Shown in pieces: positions 27,215-41,660 of a stretch of 64,000 bases of DNA. A program made the position numbers and the translations under genes. The notes beneath the pieces were generated by a model that was not told the origin of the DNA, ran no database searches, and was given only the letters and a program-made list of their open reading frames with translations. Source of the stretch: Octopus sinensis (Eukaryota); NCBI RefSeq assembly GCF_006345805.1, contig NC_042999.1, positions 59,954,001-60,018,000 of the forward strand, read 5' to 3'. Position 1 is the stretch's first letter. Every line of letters begins with the position of its first letter.

Positions 27215-27617
27215 TTTATTTCTGTGGGATATCAAGGGTTGCATATTATTTCCCTGTGATAACAAGGGTTTTATATTAGTTCCATGGAATATCAAGGTTT
27301 TGCATATTAGGACCATGGGAAAACAGGAGCTACAATAATATTCCTTAAGAATAACAAATGCAACATCATTTCCATGGGATAAAAAGTGCTACATATTCTA
27401 CATATTATTCCCATGGTTTAACAAGGATTGCATATTAGCTCCATGGTTTATAATTTCTATGTGATAAAAAGGGCTATACATATTATTTGCATGGGATAAT
27501 AAGGGCTACATATAGTCTCTATGATATAACAAGGGCTACATACTATTTCTATGGCATAAGGGCTATAATATTATTTCTATGAGATAACAAGGGCTCCATA
27601 TATTAGTTCCATAGGAT
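27215..27617. repeat. Minisatellite, ~31-bp unit (CATATTATTTCCATGGGATAACAAGGGCTA-like), about 12 copies
   Basis: Recurrent ATAACAAGGG / CATATTA.TTCCATGG. Confidence 0.85.
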
Positions 27618-28335
27618 AGCATTCCCCATTTGGGGCAAAAAAACTCATCTCAGGCAACTTCAAATTGATTTATTGTTGTGCTCCCTCGTGTATGCTTATT
27701 GAAGGCTTCCAACCTCATTTCTCCTGCCGTGCATCATTAATGTGATATTTCCTCCAGATTTTTACATATAAAAAATAACATAAAATTTAACAGGATTCTT
27801 CTAATGTGAGCCCTTCTCACACAGCTGCAGACTGATCACAAAACAACAACAACAACAGCAACAACAATAATAACAATGAGAAACACATTAGTTTTATCGT
27901 CATTGCAACTATTGGTCATATCAGAATTTATAATTTCCATTGTGGGAGTCTAAATGCCATCAAGCAATGTTTCAATACTCAAACTGTTGCTACCATAATA
28001 TACATACATACATCTATATATATGTGTGTGTATGTATGCATGTATGAAATGAATGTATGTATGTATGTGTATCTATATGTGCGTGTGTGTGTATATATGT
28101 GTGTGTGTGTATGTGCACAGCCTCCAAAGAGACTGATGTCTGTATCAGCAACTTGGGTATTATTCGGTAAAAGTGATGAGAAGAGTGCAGTGAACTTGCT
28201 GTGGGGAGTGGAAAGATCTGCTGTCTTTCATTAATTTCTTTCCTGTAAACTTTTCACTGAAGAAGGACTGTCCAAGACACTGGATTTTCCGCCCTCTCTG
28301 GTAAGTTCACTGCACCCTTTTTCATCAATTCCACG

Positions 28336-28375
<40 letters not shown>

Positions 28376-28598
28376 GTATATAATATTTAAGAAAAATTCT
28401 ATTAATGTGTCCTACCTGTTAAAAACTTCTATATTTGTGAAGAGCTGAAGATAGCACAGCATTTAAATTGATGTAATGATTACATTGTTCAATTAAATGG
28501 AGCCACTTGAAACGGTCATACTGCATTACTACTTGATATCCTGTTGCTTATTTTAATTATATATATATGTGTGTGTGTTTGTATGTATGTTTATGTAT

Positions 28599-28653
<55 letters not shown>

Positions 28654-30129
28654 GTATATATGTATATGTATGTGTGTGTGTGTATTTATATTATCAGCAT
28701 GACAGTTTTATCTGATTATCCTTAGACTGGGCCCACATATTTGAATTTTTTTTAAACAAAAAGTAAAAAAATAAAAAAAACAGAAAGAAAAAGAAAACAA
28801 AAAATGGAAAAAAACCTCGTTCCCTCCCTCTACTACAAATCTCCTAATATTGTCCCTCAGAAAACAACACAGAAATTAGAGAAATTTTATTTATTATAAA
28901 AATGCTTTTGTCTGGTAAAGTATCTTGCTGCCTTGCTGTTTTTGCTGTACAGATAAAGAAAAAAAAATGAAAAGAAATAAGATTAAAAAAAACTAAAAAA
29001 AATCAGAGTTGTCTAGATAAAAATGGCCAAAGTTTTGCCAAATCAGCTGTCCTTTAAAGAAGTTCGTACTTTTAATGATACCTGGAAAACAATTACAGTA
29101 CATGAACCCTGCTACCCAATGTGAAATCTTACCTGCAAATTACTTCCCTTGAACTTTTAGTGTCATAATGGCTTGTTACATATAAAAAAAAGAGGGTCTT
29201 CGTTGTATGTATAAAAAATTCTTTCATCACTGTACTTCAAACCAAATATGTGTTCTCTTGCACTTTCACTCAGGTAATTTATATATTAATCAGCACAAAT
29301 AAGATTGTTTAGTCAAGTAGACATGTTAATTCTGATCTCATTCTTTCAAAATTGTTTATATTGGTAAAAATTGTGCCAGTCTCTAGTAGACAATGATTGC
29401 TAATTTTCAAACATTTCTCTCTATATCTCTTTTTATCTCTCTCTTCTTTGTTCTCCCTCTCTCTCTTTCTCTCTCTGTCTGTGTTTACATACACATACAC
29501 ACAACACATTTATCTATGTATATATATATTATATATATATATGTATATATAAATTTGTTATATTTATATTATATACATAAAGATTTATACACACATACAC
29601 ATTCACACACACATATCTATGTACATACACACCCATATATATGCATATACACACTACTACATGCAAAAGTGGTGAATTACAATATATTTTGAAATTTTGC
29701 ACTGTTGTTTAGTACATCAACAGCCATCTGACCAACAATGTGTGTGTGTATGTGCATATATATATATACATATACACACACACACGATGATGATGATGAT
29801 ATATATATAAATTTTGGTTTAGTTATTGCATAAAAAAAAATATATTTGACATGAATAATTGATTTCTTTTTTGACGGTTTTTAGTAGCAAAAACTATTTA
29901 TAACCAAAAATTTAAACCTGTTTGCAAGCACATACAACCCTAATAAATTAATATCTGCTCATATTAATATGAACAACAATATTAATATGAAATGAATCAA
30001 AGCACAAAGAGGTTAGCATGCTTCCAGTTCTTTTTAAGTTTACCACACATACATTCATGAATATATAAGTCCAAAATGTGTGTGTGTCTATATATATATA
30101 TGTTTTGAATGTATGTATGTCTTATATAT

Positions 30130-30139
30130 ATATATATAT

Positions 30140-30220
<81 letters not shown>

Positions 30221-30269
30221 GTGTTATAATATATATATATATGTATATATATATGTATATATTATATAT

Positions 30270-30310
<41 letters not shown>
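30130..30310. repeat. Long (TA)n microsatellite
   Basis: Direct observation. Confidence 0.95.
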
Positions 30311-30311
<1 letters not shown>

Positions 30312-30433
30312 TTTATATATTACATATACACACACTTATATAATTTTACTATTGTGTGCCAAAGCACACTGCATGTATATGCTTGCGTATACAATTAGGA
30401 ATAAGGAGAAGATTTTTCAAACTGATATGCATA

Positions 30434-30469
<36 letters not shown>

Positions 30470-30499
30470 CATATATACAACATATATATATGTAAATAT

Positions 30500-30565
<66 letters not shown>

Positions 30566-30859
30566 AACAGATGGATAAAGAGAGGAGAAAGAGAAAGAGA
30601 GAGAGTGGGACAGAGAGACATTTAGATGGTGCTCCAGCATGGCTACAATTATAAGGTGCAAACCTGTAGAAGATTATGCACAATATTCTCTGTGTGTGTA
30701 TGTATGTGTATGTGTGTGAGCATGGATGTCTGTGTGGATATGTGTGTGTGTGCGCATGTGTGTGTGTGTGTGTGAGAGAGTGTGCAGGAATATACATGCC
30801 TCTGTGTGAGTGTGTGTGTGCATTTCTGTGAATGTGTTTGCATATATGTATGTACGTGT

Positions 30860-31100
30860 TGATTTATTACTCTTACTGTATATATTCTATCACTGTTTCT
30901 GTGCCATTCTATTTTCTTTCATCTTCCATCTCTCTGTCTCCATTTTTATTTACTTTCACTTTCATTTTCAGTCTTCTTATCTTTCTTTCTGTCTTCCTGC
31001 TTTTTGCTTCCCTCTCTGCCTTACTTTCTCACTTGCTTTCTTTTGTTCTTTCTCTCTGCTTCTATTATATTCTCATTCGCACTTCAAAAGTTCTTTTTAT
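30860..31100. repeat. CT-rich low-complexity tract
   Basis: Pyrimidine-rich composition; yields spurious F/S/L-rich ORFs. Confidence 0.7.
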
Positions 31101-32086
31101 CATATTTCTTACATGTTTTAATTCTTGCATTGAAACCAAAAAAAAATATATAAATATATATATGCAAGAAAATTTTACTACCAAATCCCCTCCTCCCAGA
31201 AAGTATATTTCTGGAAAAGACAAAAATTAAAATTTTTAAAAAATGAACAAAGACAATTAAGAACTTATAAAAAAATTTGGAAAATAAATAAAAAAATTTT
31301 AAAGAAATACAAATGAAAATTTTATTCTCAAACTATTATTAAAAACAAATGAAAATTAATTTGTACAAAAATTTAAAATGGAAAAAGTTGTCCACTTCCA
31401 ATTTTAGATGTGGTTAATGAAAAAACAATACATATACATATGTATGTGTGCATATATATATGTATGTATGTATGTATATAAAGATATATATACATATATA
31501 TACACACACATTTATGAATATATATGTATGTATATTTGTATATATATATTTATATTTATATATGCATATATATGTGTGTGTGTATATACCTATATATATA
31601 TGTATATATGTATATATATGAAAATATATATATACAAAAATGAGAACACACCCAAATATTTATCAGATTTTTAAAACTTTTTTTACAAATCACTTATTTG
31701 TTTTAATATATATATATATATGTAATGTGTGTACATCCATACATATTATGTATGTGTATGTATATATATATACATATGTATTTATACATATGCATTCCTA
31801 TATGCATACTTATAAATGTATATGTATGTATGCACATACATGTACATGTGTGTTTGTGTGTATGTGTGTGTGTGGTAAGTGTATCCAATATAAAAATTTA
31901 AATATATATATATATGTAAAAAAGAGGAAAAAAAATTAATAAACATGAAGAGAAAAATCAATTTATTAAAAGAATGTTTTATGAGAAAATTTTGAGAAAG
32001 TTTTACAAAAGATTTAAAGCATGGATTCAATGTTTCTGTAATTACCCACATATATATCCGTAGAGAGAATATCTTGTCATAGATTC

Positions 32087-32121
<35 letters not shown>

Positions 32122-34840
32122 TGAGGAAAATATTTCTTTGGAAGCAAAGAAGAATTCAATGCTTCATGTTTTATTTTCACTCAAAGTTTTATAATTATTT
32201 TTCGCTCAAATTCATCCTCCCATTTTCTCTCTCTCTCTTTCTCTCACACACACACATGCTTGCATATATACTGACAATGGTACACCCAAATGTTCCTACA
32301 TAGGCATTCTTAAACATGCACTCAGTCAAATAAACACATGCATATGCACATTGGAATGAAACAAATATAGTTTAGCAATAACTAATATAGGATCTAATTA
32401 TGCATTTGCGATTTGGTCAATTTCAGAACAAGTCTGATTGCTGTCATCATTAGTTGTTAAATATATTTAAAGTTGTGTATGTTTAATATACCAGCTGGAT
32501 ACGTGGGTACATTTTATCAAGCAACAACTCCCTCCTTGAGCATCTGACGATATCTTAAAATATGACTTAGAAGACTATTCTATGTGGTGCTATCAATTAG
32601 CCATCAATTGGCCGATTATGGCCAAACTTATATGTGGTAGATTTGTATGTCTATATATGTATATATGAATGTCTATCTGTATGTATATATATATATATAT
32701 ATATATATACAAAAATTCTATAATTATGAGCATAATCATAATTAGGGTTCAGCAAAATTTGCTTCTCCACCTACCAAAATTTAGAAATAGCAGTTAAAAT
32801 ACTATTCTACTACCATAAGATATTAATTTATTTTGCCCTTTATTATTATTGTATATATATATATATATATATATCAATACACACAAGTACATATGTACAT
32901 ATGTGAATATTTATTTGTATATATATATATATATATATATGAGTGTGTGTCTGTATGTTTGTATGTACATAGATATGTATTTCTGAATGTACATATTCAT
33001 GTATATATGTATGCTGCATATATGTATGGATATACAGTTCTGAATGATTTTATGAAATATCAATATAAAGCTTAACACATCTATGACATAATCAATCATA
33101 ATAAATTATTATAACCTATTTTAGTTTACCAATTATAAGCTTAAGAAATACTGATATGCAAAAGCAAATTTTTCTTATCTCTTTTAATTATTATTTCCAT
33201 TTTCTTATTTGTGTGAAGTATGAAATTCATTATTGGCTCATGTAATTTTGTATAAGCAGAATCAGAAAGTATGGTAGCCCATGCAGCTTGAAAATGTTTA
33301 CCTCAATTATCCCAGTTACTTGTGACTGTGTGTAAAATTAAAACCATATACTTGCGTTTAAGATGCAATAGTTAACACATGTGTTTATAAAAGTGTGCTG
33401 CCAATAGTTTTTGTGTTTATTAAGGTAACTTGCGATGAGTCCTGTAAGTTTATAGGTGTATGTAATGTATCTCCATTCCTGTAGATTGGCTAGAATAATG
33501 GAATATCGCAAGAAATACTCCATAACAAAGGAGCCCTGATGCTTTCTTTGGTAAATGCTATGTGCTTGTCATAGTTTTTCATCTTAGAATACTAAAGTAG
33601 CTTCTCATTAAGATTTTCAGATATAATTTACATGAAACCATCTTTTAAGCTTGATACAGGTAAGATTGCTACACTTTCCTGAGTGCTTGGAATGTAAAAA
33701 TTTGAACCAAATACTGCACAGCATTTTTTTTTCTTTTTAATGCACTAACAATTCTGCCAATCCACCCTGCTGGACTGGCATGTAAATTTTTTAATCCCTG
33801 AAGGTGATGCAAAGAGCCGGAACAAATACCACAAAGCATTTTGTCCAACACTCTAACGACTGTGCCAATTCATAACTTTTATACCTCTCTGTATTTATAA
33901 TATTTACCACATTTTGTCTTGTGTATTGTGAGGAATTTAACAGAAAAAAAAATCAGATAAAAATGTTTTCATTGGAGAATGGCATAGCATTATACTGAAA
34001 TTTAAAATAAATAAAGAAGGAACTAAATAAAATGTAACAACAGCAATCTATAAAAAGAAAAACGCCTAAAACATCTAACAATGCCTTCATTTAAGAGCCT
34101 GTGTTTATGAAACTCTGTATGCATAGCAAATACATTCAATGGCAGTTGTTAATTCTGTTGGCGTGCCTGTAAAATGTGCTTACAAACTTAACTGTTTAAA
34201 AATGATTATTTAATTTAAAAGATTTTAAAAGGTTGAGGTTTAAAATACAAAATTTACCATTAGCTTTGAATGGCTTGATTTGGGGTCCTTGATTTTCAGT
34301 AAAATTATAGGGATGCTGTCATCATATAGTGCACATCAGTGATGTAATGGGGGTCAATTCAGATGTGATACTGCTTGGTACTATGACAGTTTCAAGCTTA
34401 GGTCTTTGCTAATGATTGACCTCCCCATTTTCTGCTTCTGTCGCTATACACTTCTGATTAAGTACATATGTTTGCAATATATATATGGATATGAAAAAGA
34501 TGTGGTGGTTTCTTAAAAAATGTCTGTAGTAAAGGATCACATTATATAAGATGATAAAATATATTACTGATTTTTAATGCTAAAACATAGGGCAGCACTA
34601 CATTCCGGACTACATTGTATATGAGTAAACACTATAGCTAAATATTTCTCAATTCTGAGATTAAATTCACCATAAGACTGAAGTTTGATTTTCACTCTGG
34701 GGTCCAGTAAATAAATACCAGCTATTTACTGGGATCAATTCAGATGTGATGCTGTTTGGTAGCTGAAGAAATAAACACCTGAAATCAAGTATTGAGCCAT
34801 CTACATATCTATGTACATACAAACATACAGACACACACAC

Positions 34841-34889
<49 letters not shown>

Positions 34890-35518
34890 TTCACATATGT
34901 TAAGGAATTACTAAATTTTGATCCATGTAGTTCTGAAAATATGCTAAGTTGTTCCTTGTTATTGTTTATATTCAGTATTGAATTAGCCATTATTAAAGAA
35001 AACTTTAATCAAAGAGATTTCAACTTTTACCATTTAGTTTCACAGAACTAAGAGTGGGATTGGATACAGGACAGCCACTCAAGTGTTCTGCGTGGACCTC
35101 AAACCTTTTCCAAATTCTTGTAAAATTCTGCTAATTTGTAAGCCATTGAGCAGCTGAGGGTTTTAATATATAAGGTCTTTTGTGTCAAGATGTGTTTAAT
35201 TTTTGCTTACATATCCATTACCTGTTTTGGAAAGGAGGGGGTTTCTACAGGAATATTTTTATATCTAAGATATGATATAGCAGACATTTTGACCATGAGC
35301 AAATGTAAAAAACAAGAAAATATAAAAAACATGGGAAAACAAAAGTGGGCCTTTATAAAAGATAGTTGCTGATCCCAACTCATCACTAGCCAAGTAGACC
35401 TTATGATCAAGAGTATTCCAGCCAGGACCATCCCGTCTGCTTTTTTTAGTGATATCTAGGAGTACATTACATTACTGAATGAATCATTCTATTGTTTCTG
35501 AAATATATATACATATAC

Positions 35519-35577
<59 letters not shown>

Positions 35578-35796
35578 CAGCTCTTGTACATAGCTACACC
35601 TTAGATCCATCATGGCTTCTGATGTGGCTTTATAAACCAGACAATGTATTGAAAAGACACCCACATAGATTGCATATATGATTTGGACCACCAAGAGCTG
35701 CAGTTAAGTTCTGATCTTTGTGAATCTTAAAATGTCTTTTGAGGCCTCCTTTAGACTTACAGATCTATGGCATACATGACATTGAAAGGGGTGCAC

Positions 35797-35852
<56 letters not shown>

Positions 35853-35911
35853 CACATGAGAATAATATATATTTTTAATTATATACATGTATATATGTGT
35901 GTGTATATATA

Positions 35912-35961
<50 letters not shown>

Positions 35962-35965
35962 ATAT

Positions 35966-36021
<56 letters not shown>

Positions 36022-36074
36022 GTATGTGTATATATATATATATATCTATATATATATATACATATATATATATG

Positions 36075-36112
<38 letters not shown>

Positions 36113-36242
36113 AGAGTATTGTAGTTCACTTGAAGCATTGTGTATTGTTTGTAAAGAAGAAAAAGTTTTGAATGGTACAACAATGCACTATAATGCAGAC
36201 AACGGGCTATATACCAGTTGCAATCTAGTCATCCATAGTCTG

Positions 36243-36279
36243 ATATGATATTTTGGAATAATATTCCTTCTTCAGATAT
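36243..36279 (-). ncRNA. Minimal type I hammerhead ribozyme motif (Penelope-type), G12 mutated
   Basis: Minus strand ATAT-CTGAAGA-A-GGAA-TATTA-TTCC-AAAA-TAT-C-ATAT; perfect stem II, GAAA changed to AAAA. Confidence 0.55.
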
Positions 36280-36317
36280 TCTTAGATAACCGATTATAGC
36301 AGCGACTCCATCTAAGA

Positions 36318-36353
36318 ATATCTGAAGAAGAAATATTATCCGAAATATCATAT
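36318..36353 (+). ncRNA. Minimal type I hammerhead ribozyme motif (Penelope-type), stem II damaged
   Basis: ATAT-CTGAAGA-A-GAAATATTATCC-GAAA-TAT-C-ATAT; stem I ATAT/ATAT; palindromic ATAT stem III. Confidence 0.55.
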
Positions 36354-36460
36354 CAGACTATGGATGACTAAATTACAACAGGTGTATAGCTCATTGTCTG
36401 TATTATAGTGCATTGTTGTACCATTCAAAACCTTTTTATTCTTTATATATATATATATAT

Positions 36461-36519
<59 letters not shown>

Positions 36520-37476
36520 ATATGTATGTATGTATATATATATATATGTATATATATATATGTATGTATGTATATATGTATGTATGTATATATGTATGTA
36601 TGCATTCTCACATATGTATATACATAATGATTTCAGGCTTCTGATACTATGCAATCAGACTTGTATGATGTTTGAATTCAGCAAAAAGCAGAGCATAAAT
36701 AAAAACAAATAAGAACAACTAAAGAATTATCTCAGCACAAAGAAATTAATTAAATAAATCAAATATTTATAAATGAGAATTTAGTTAATTACTTACTTTT
36801 GTAAATACTTTTTTGTTTGTTTTTGCATTTGCACGTTTTCATTTTTGAAGTAACAGTTTAATTTTGATTTGATTGCCAATTTGTATTTATCTATCAAACA
36901 GAAAATTATTTCTTCTTCTTTTTCTTTTTCTCCTCTTTCCTCCTCCTCCTCTCCCAGTCTGGCTCCGCTTTCCCTCTTCTTGCTCCCCACCCTTCCTCCC
37001 CTCTCTTTCATTATTATGAATTCCTTTTCCATACTTCCATTTACAATGTGACATAACATAAAAATGTACCAATACCTTTCGGTTGTTGTTCAGGATTTAT
37101 TTTCTTTACATTGCAAAAAACAAACAAAAAAAAAAAAACAGAAAAGAATCCATGAAAGATATACTTAGATTTCTAAACAAATGTATCAATGCAAAATTGC
37201 AAAAAAAAAAAAAGATAATATATACAAACATGGATAAAATAACACAATTTCAAAATAGAAAACAAAATAAAGGAAAACTAAGAACAAACAAAATTAAGAA
37301 AACATTTAGAAAAAAATCATAAAAGCAAAATAATTTAGACTTCTATTCTGTGAGAGTGTTTACGTTACTTCAAAAGGGTGTTTTTTTTTTTGCTCATATT
37401 TAATGCTATTTATCCAAAATATTATATACATACTTTATATGAAATTTCACTTCATATGTATGTATATATATATATA

Positions 37477-37508
<32 letters not shown>

Positions 37509-37678
37509 CATATATATATATAATATATATATAATATATATATATAATATATATATATAATAACACACACATATATATATGTATATATTTGTACATACAT
37601 ACATATGCATATGCATACATAAATATAAAAATATATAATAAATATATATATTCACAAAGATATACATGTGCACACATG

Positions 37679-37719
<41 letters not shown>

Positions 37720-37985
37720 TATATATACATATACATACATATATACATAAATACATATATATATATATGAATGGAAATTTGTATAAATACATATGTATAT
37801 ATATATGATGTATATGCGCTCTTTCATGTTTCCTCTTTCTCTTCCTCTCTCTCTCTTTTTTTGTACTTGCAGACACCATTAAGTTCAACAGATAAAATAA
37901 AGTAAAAAAGTAAAAAAAAAAAGAAAAATGTTAAAGGAAAAGAAACAAGAAAAAATATATTTGATATCAATGATAATAATAATAT

Positions 37986-38032
<47 letters not shown>

Positions 38033-38738
38033 TACATACATATACATACATACATATATATATGTAGCATATATAAATATTGTAAAATGCTATGCGAAAT
38101 ATTCAAGATCTCCCCCCTTCCTGCCTGCCACCCTCATCATCCTGGCATCCTCTGCAAATTCACACATATACACATACACAGCGAAAAAAAGTTAATAAAA
38201 AAATATCCAAAAATCTAAAAGAGGACATACTTAAGGAAACAAAAATACCACAGCAACAAAATAAAAAAAAAATACTGCAATATTTCTAGCAGTGTTTTTG
38301 TTTGTATTTCATTAATATTATTATTATTATTTTTTTATATAAATGAACCTGGCAAAACCAATCCTCTTAATACTTGTACAGTTTTACTACCATACACTAA
38401 CATTAGTAGTATATTTGTATATTTTCATCACCAAATGTGGTTTCTTTTTTTATTTTTATTTTTTTTTTCACCTACTTATTTTTTAATGTTTGTTTGTAAA
38501 AACAAAAATCAATAAATTGTATTGGTGGCAATCACTAAACTGATATGTTTGTGTACACACGCACACACAAATTAAAAAAGAAATAAATCTTAAAACATAT
38601 ATATATATATAAATATATATATGTACAAGTACCATACACACGCATACACAAACAAAAATACACACACGCACAAACATATGTACATATATATTTAAAAACA
38701 TAATTCAATGTAATATATATATATATATACATATCTAC

Positions 38739-38799
<61 letters not shown>

Positions 38800-39224
38800 C
38801 ATAGACAAACCATGTGTAGCACCAAAAGAAGAAGTTCTCCCCAATATCATTGGAAGTAAAGGATTAAATTTATAAATTGACAGAGGTATGGGTCACTTAT
38901 TTTCAAGACCCTGAGTTTTTCTGCAAAAACTCAATGAATGTTGCACTTCATCTGTTTTTGTAAGTTTAATATTTATATTATTAAATGACATAGGTACGGA
39001 ACACTCATATTCAAGACTCTAAGTTTCTGAGCAGCAATTCAATAGTCACTGCATATAAGTATTGAGTCCTAAATTTAAGTATTCCATACTTGTGTAATTT
39101 AATAAACCTAGTCGTGGAATATTGAGGTTCACATCTTTTGCTGTTACACGTGTAGTTTATTTATACAAGTATATATATATATGTATACTTATATACATAT
39201 ATACATTTATACATACATAGATAC

Positions 39225-39275
<51 letters not shown>

Positions 39276-39537
39276 ATATATATATTTATTTATACATATA
39301 TGCATTCAATGTGCTTGTTCGTAGGAACGACTGTATATTCACCACAAATTCTCAATTAAACTAAATAAAGTTTTCAATACTTAAAGAAGTAGATTTTAAA
39401 AAAAAATATATAAAATTTATACATAGTTTACAGGTTTATAAATCTGCTTCAGTAAATTTTGTTTTTTGATCTCCTTAAATTTCTGCTGAGATCAAAGTGA
39501 TCAAAACAATTTTATAAACCTGTAAAATTATCTATTA

Positions 39538-39585
<48 letters not shown>

Positions 39586-39900
39586 TTTGTACCAAGTGCA
39601 CCAAATGTGAAGTAATTTCTTGGTTTGTTCATAAATGTATTTTTTATCATGCCTCTCTTTATATTATGAACCAAAGTTTTCATTATGGATCCTTTTTTAA
39701 TGGGTTTTGTCTCGTGTTGCTGCCCTCATCATTAAAGACCATTAAAAAACGAAAAAAAAAAACAGTAAAAAAAATGACAAAAAAATTTATGCTAAAACAA
39801 AGTAAAAAAATAACAAAAAAAAACAAAAAACAAAAACTACATTGGTGATTACCAACTTTTCTGAATTACTATTTCAACAAATGATGTATTAAAATAATTC

Positions 39901-39901
39901 C

Positions 39902-39937
<36 letters not shown>

Positions 39938-39947
39938 TAAGGATAAG

Positions 39948-40004
<57 letters not shown>

Positions 40005-40040
40005 CATGATGATGATGATGATAATAATATAATAATAATA
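39901..40040. repeat. (AAT)n/(GAT)n compound trinucleotide microsatellite
   Basis: Direct observation; source of the poly-Tyr ORF 39901..40092. Confidence 0.95.
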
Positions 40041-40203
40041 TTAATAATAATAGACATGACAAAACTAATGATTTGGGGAATAAAAACAACAATAAGAAGA
40101 CAAATTAACAAGAAAACAAAAAAATTTCCAGGAATTTCTCTATTTATATCATTTCCATCAATTTTTGTTGAAGACACTATTGCACAATTAATATATTTAT
40201 GTA

Positions 40204-40234
<31 letters not shown>

Positions 40235-41069
40235 CATGTCTTTGTGTACATAAGTGTCTGTTTCTCGGTGTGTGTGTGTGTGTGTGTGTTAATTTACCTA
40301 TGTATATCTATCTATCTATATATATATATATATGTATATATATATTATATATATATATATATAAGTATATATATATATGCATATATATATATATTTATAT
40401 ATATATATATATATAATATATATATTATATATATATATATATATTATATATATATATATACATATATGTATTATATATATATTATAATATATATATATAT
40501 ATATATATATCTGGTGATGCAGACAGGAAAATTAGTACTCAAAACATTAGAATATATATATGTGTGTGTGTGCATGCATGTGTGTCTTTGTGTCTCACAC
40601 AGACTTGATGAAGTGATGCCTACAGTTGTAAATTATATATATAGTATGTGAAAACATTACAAATTCATTTGAATACTCTAATTTTCGTTTTTAAAAGGGA
40701 ATGGAATACAAAAGGTAGTTACAATATGGTAGAGATAGAAATGAAGCAAAGCAAAAAAAAAAGAAGAAAAAAGAAAACAAAATTTAATTAAAATAAAATC
40801 GAAGAATAAAAGGGAAAAATACTATCTGAATTTTAGAGAATTTCAATTGGAATTCCTGTGATTATTATATTTTATATCTTTAAGCTATAGATGTGTACTT
40901 GCTCATGAAGTGATGTAATACTATATATAAGATGTCAGTTTGATAACAATACTATTACTACTACTAATTAACATAATGATAATATTAATAATAATGTTAA
41001 TAATAAAAAGTAATAATTGTAGTAATTAAAGCAACAATAAAAAATCAAAAAGCATTGAAGATTAAAAGA

Positions 41070-41088
41070 ATTATACTTGCATAATTAC

Positions 41089-41141
<53 letters not shown>

Positions 41142-41466
41142 GTATATATATATGTATATGTATACATATACATATATAAATATATATATATATATACACA
41201 TATATATATACATATACACCTATATATATACATATAAATATATATAAGTGTACACATATATATATACATATATATAGATAGATATATGTACATATATAGA
41301 AATATGTATATATGTATATGTATGTATATGTATATGTATGTCTATGTATATATATATATATATATGTATATGTATATGTATGTCTATGTATATATATATA
41401 TATATATATACACATGCATATATAAATATATATATGTATACATATATATGTATATACATACATATG

Positions 41467-41506
<40 letters not shown>

Positions 41507-41528
41507 TACATATATATATATATACATG

Positions 41529-41576
<48 letters not shown>

Positions 41577-41611
41577 CATATATATATATATACATATATA
41601 TATATACATAT

Positions 41612-41656
<45 letters not shown>

Positions 41657-41660
41657 TTAT
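41070..41660. repeat. ~590-bp compound (TA)n/(TATG)n/(TACA)n tract
   Basis: Direct observation. Confidence 0.95.

Larger units (their letters stand above)
36152..36445. repeat. ~135-bp inverted repeat with a 22-nt spacer (fold-back), flanked on both sides by long (TA)n
   Basis: Arms 36152-36287 and 36310-36445; the ORF track shows [25 protein letters not shown] on both strands. Confidence 0.95.

Noticed and set aside
29030-29300. Minus-strand donor and acceptor pair around a 51-nt intron
   Set aside because: No phase-compatible open frames across the junction.
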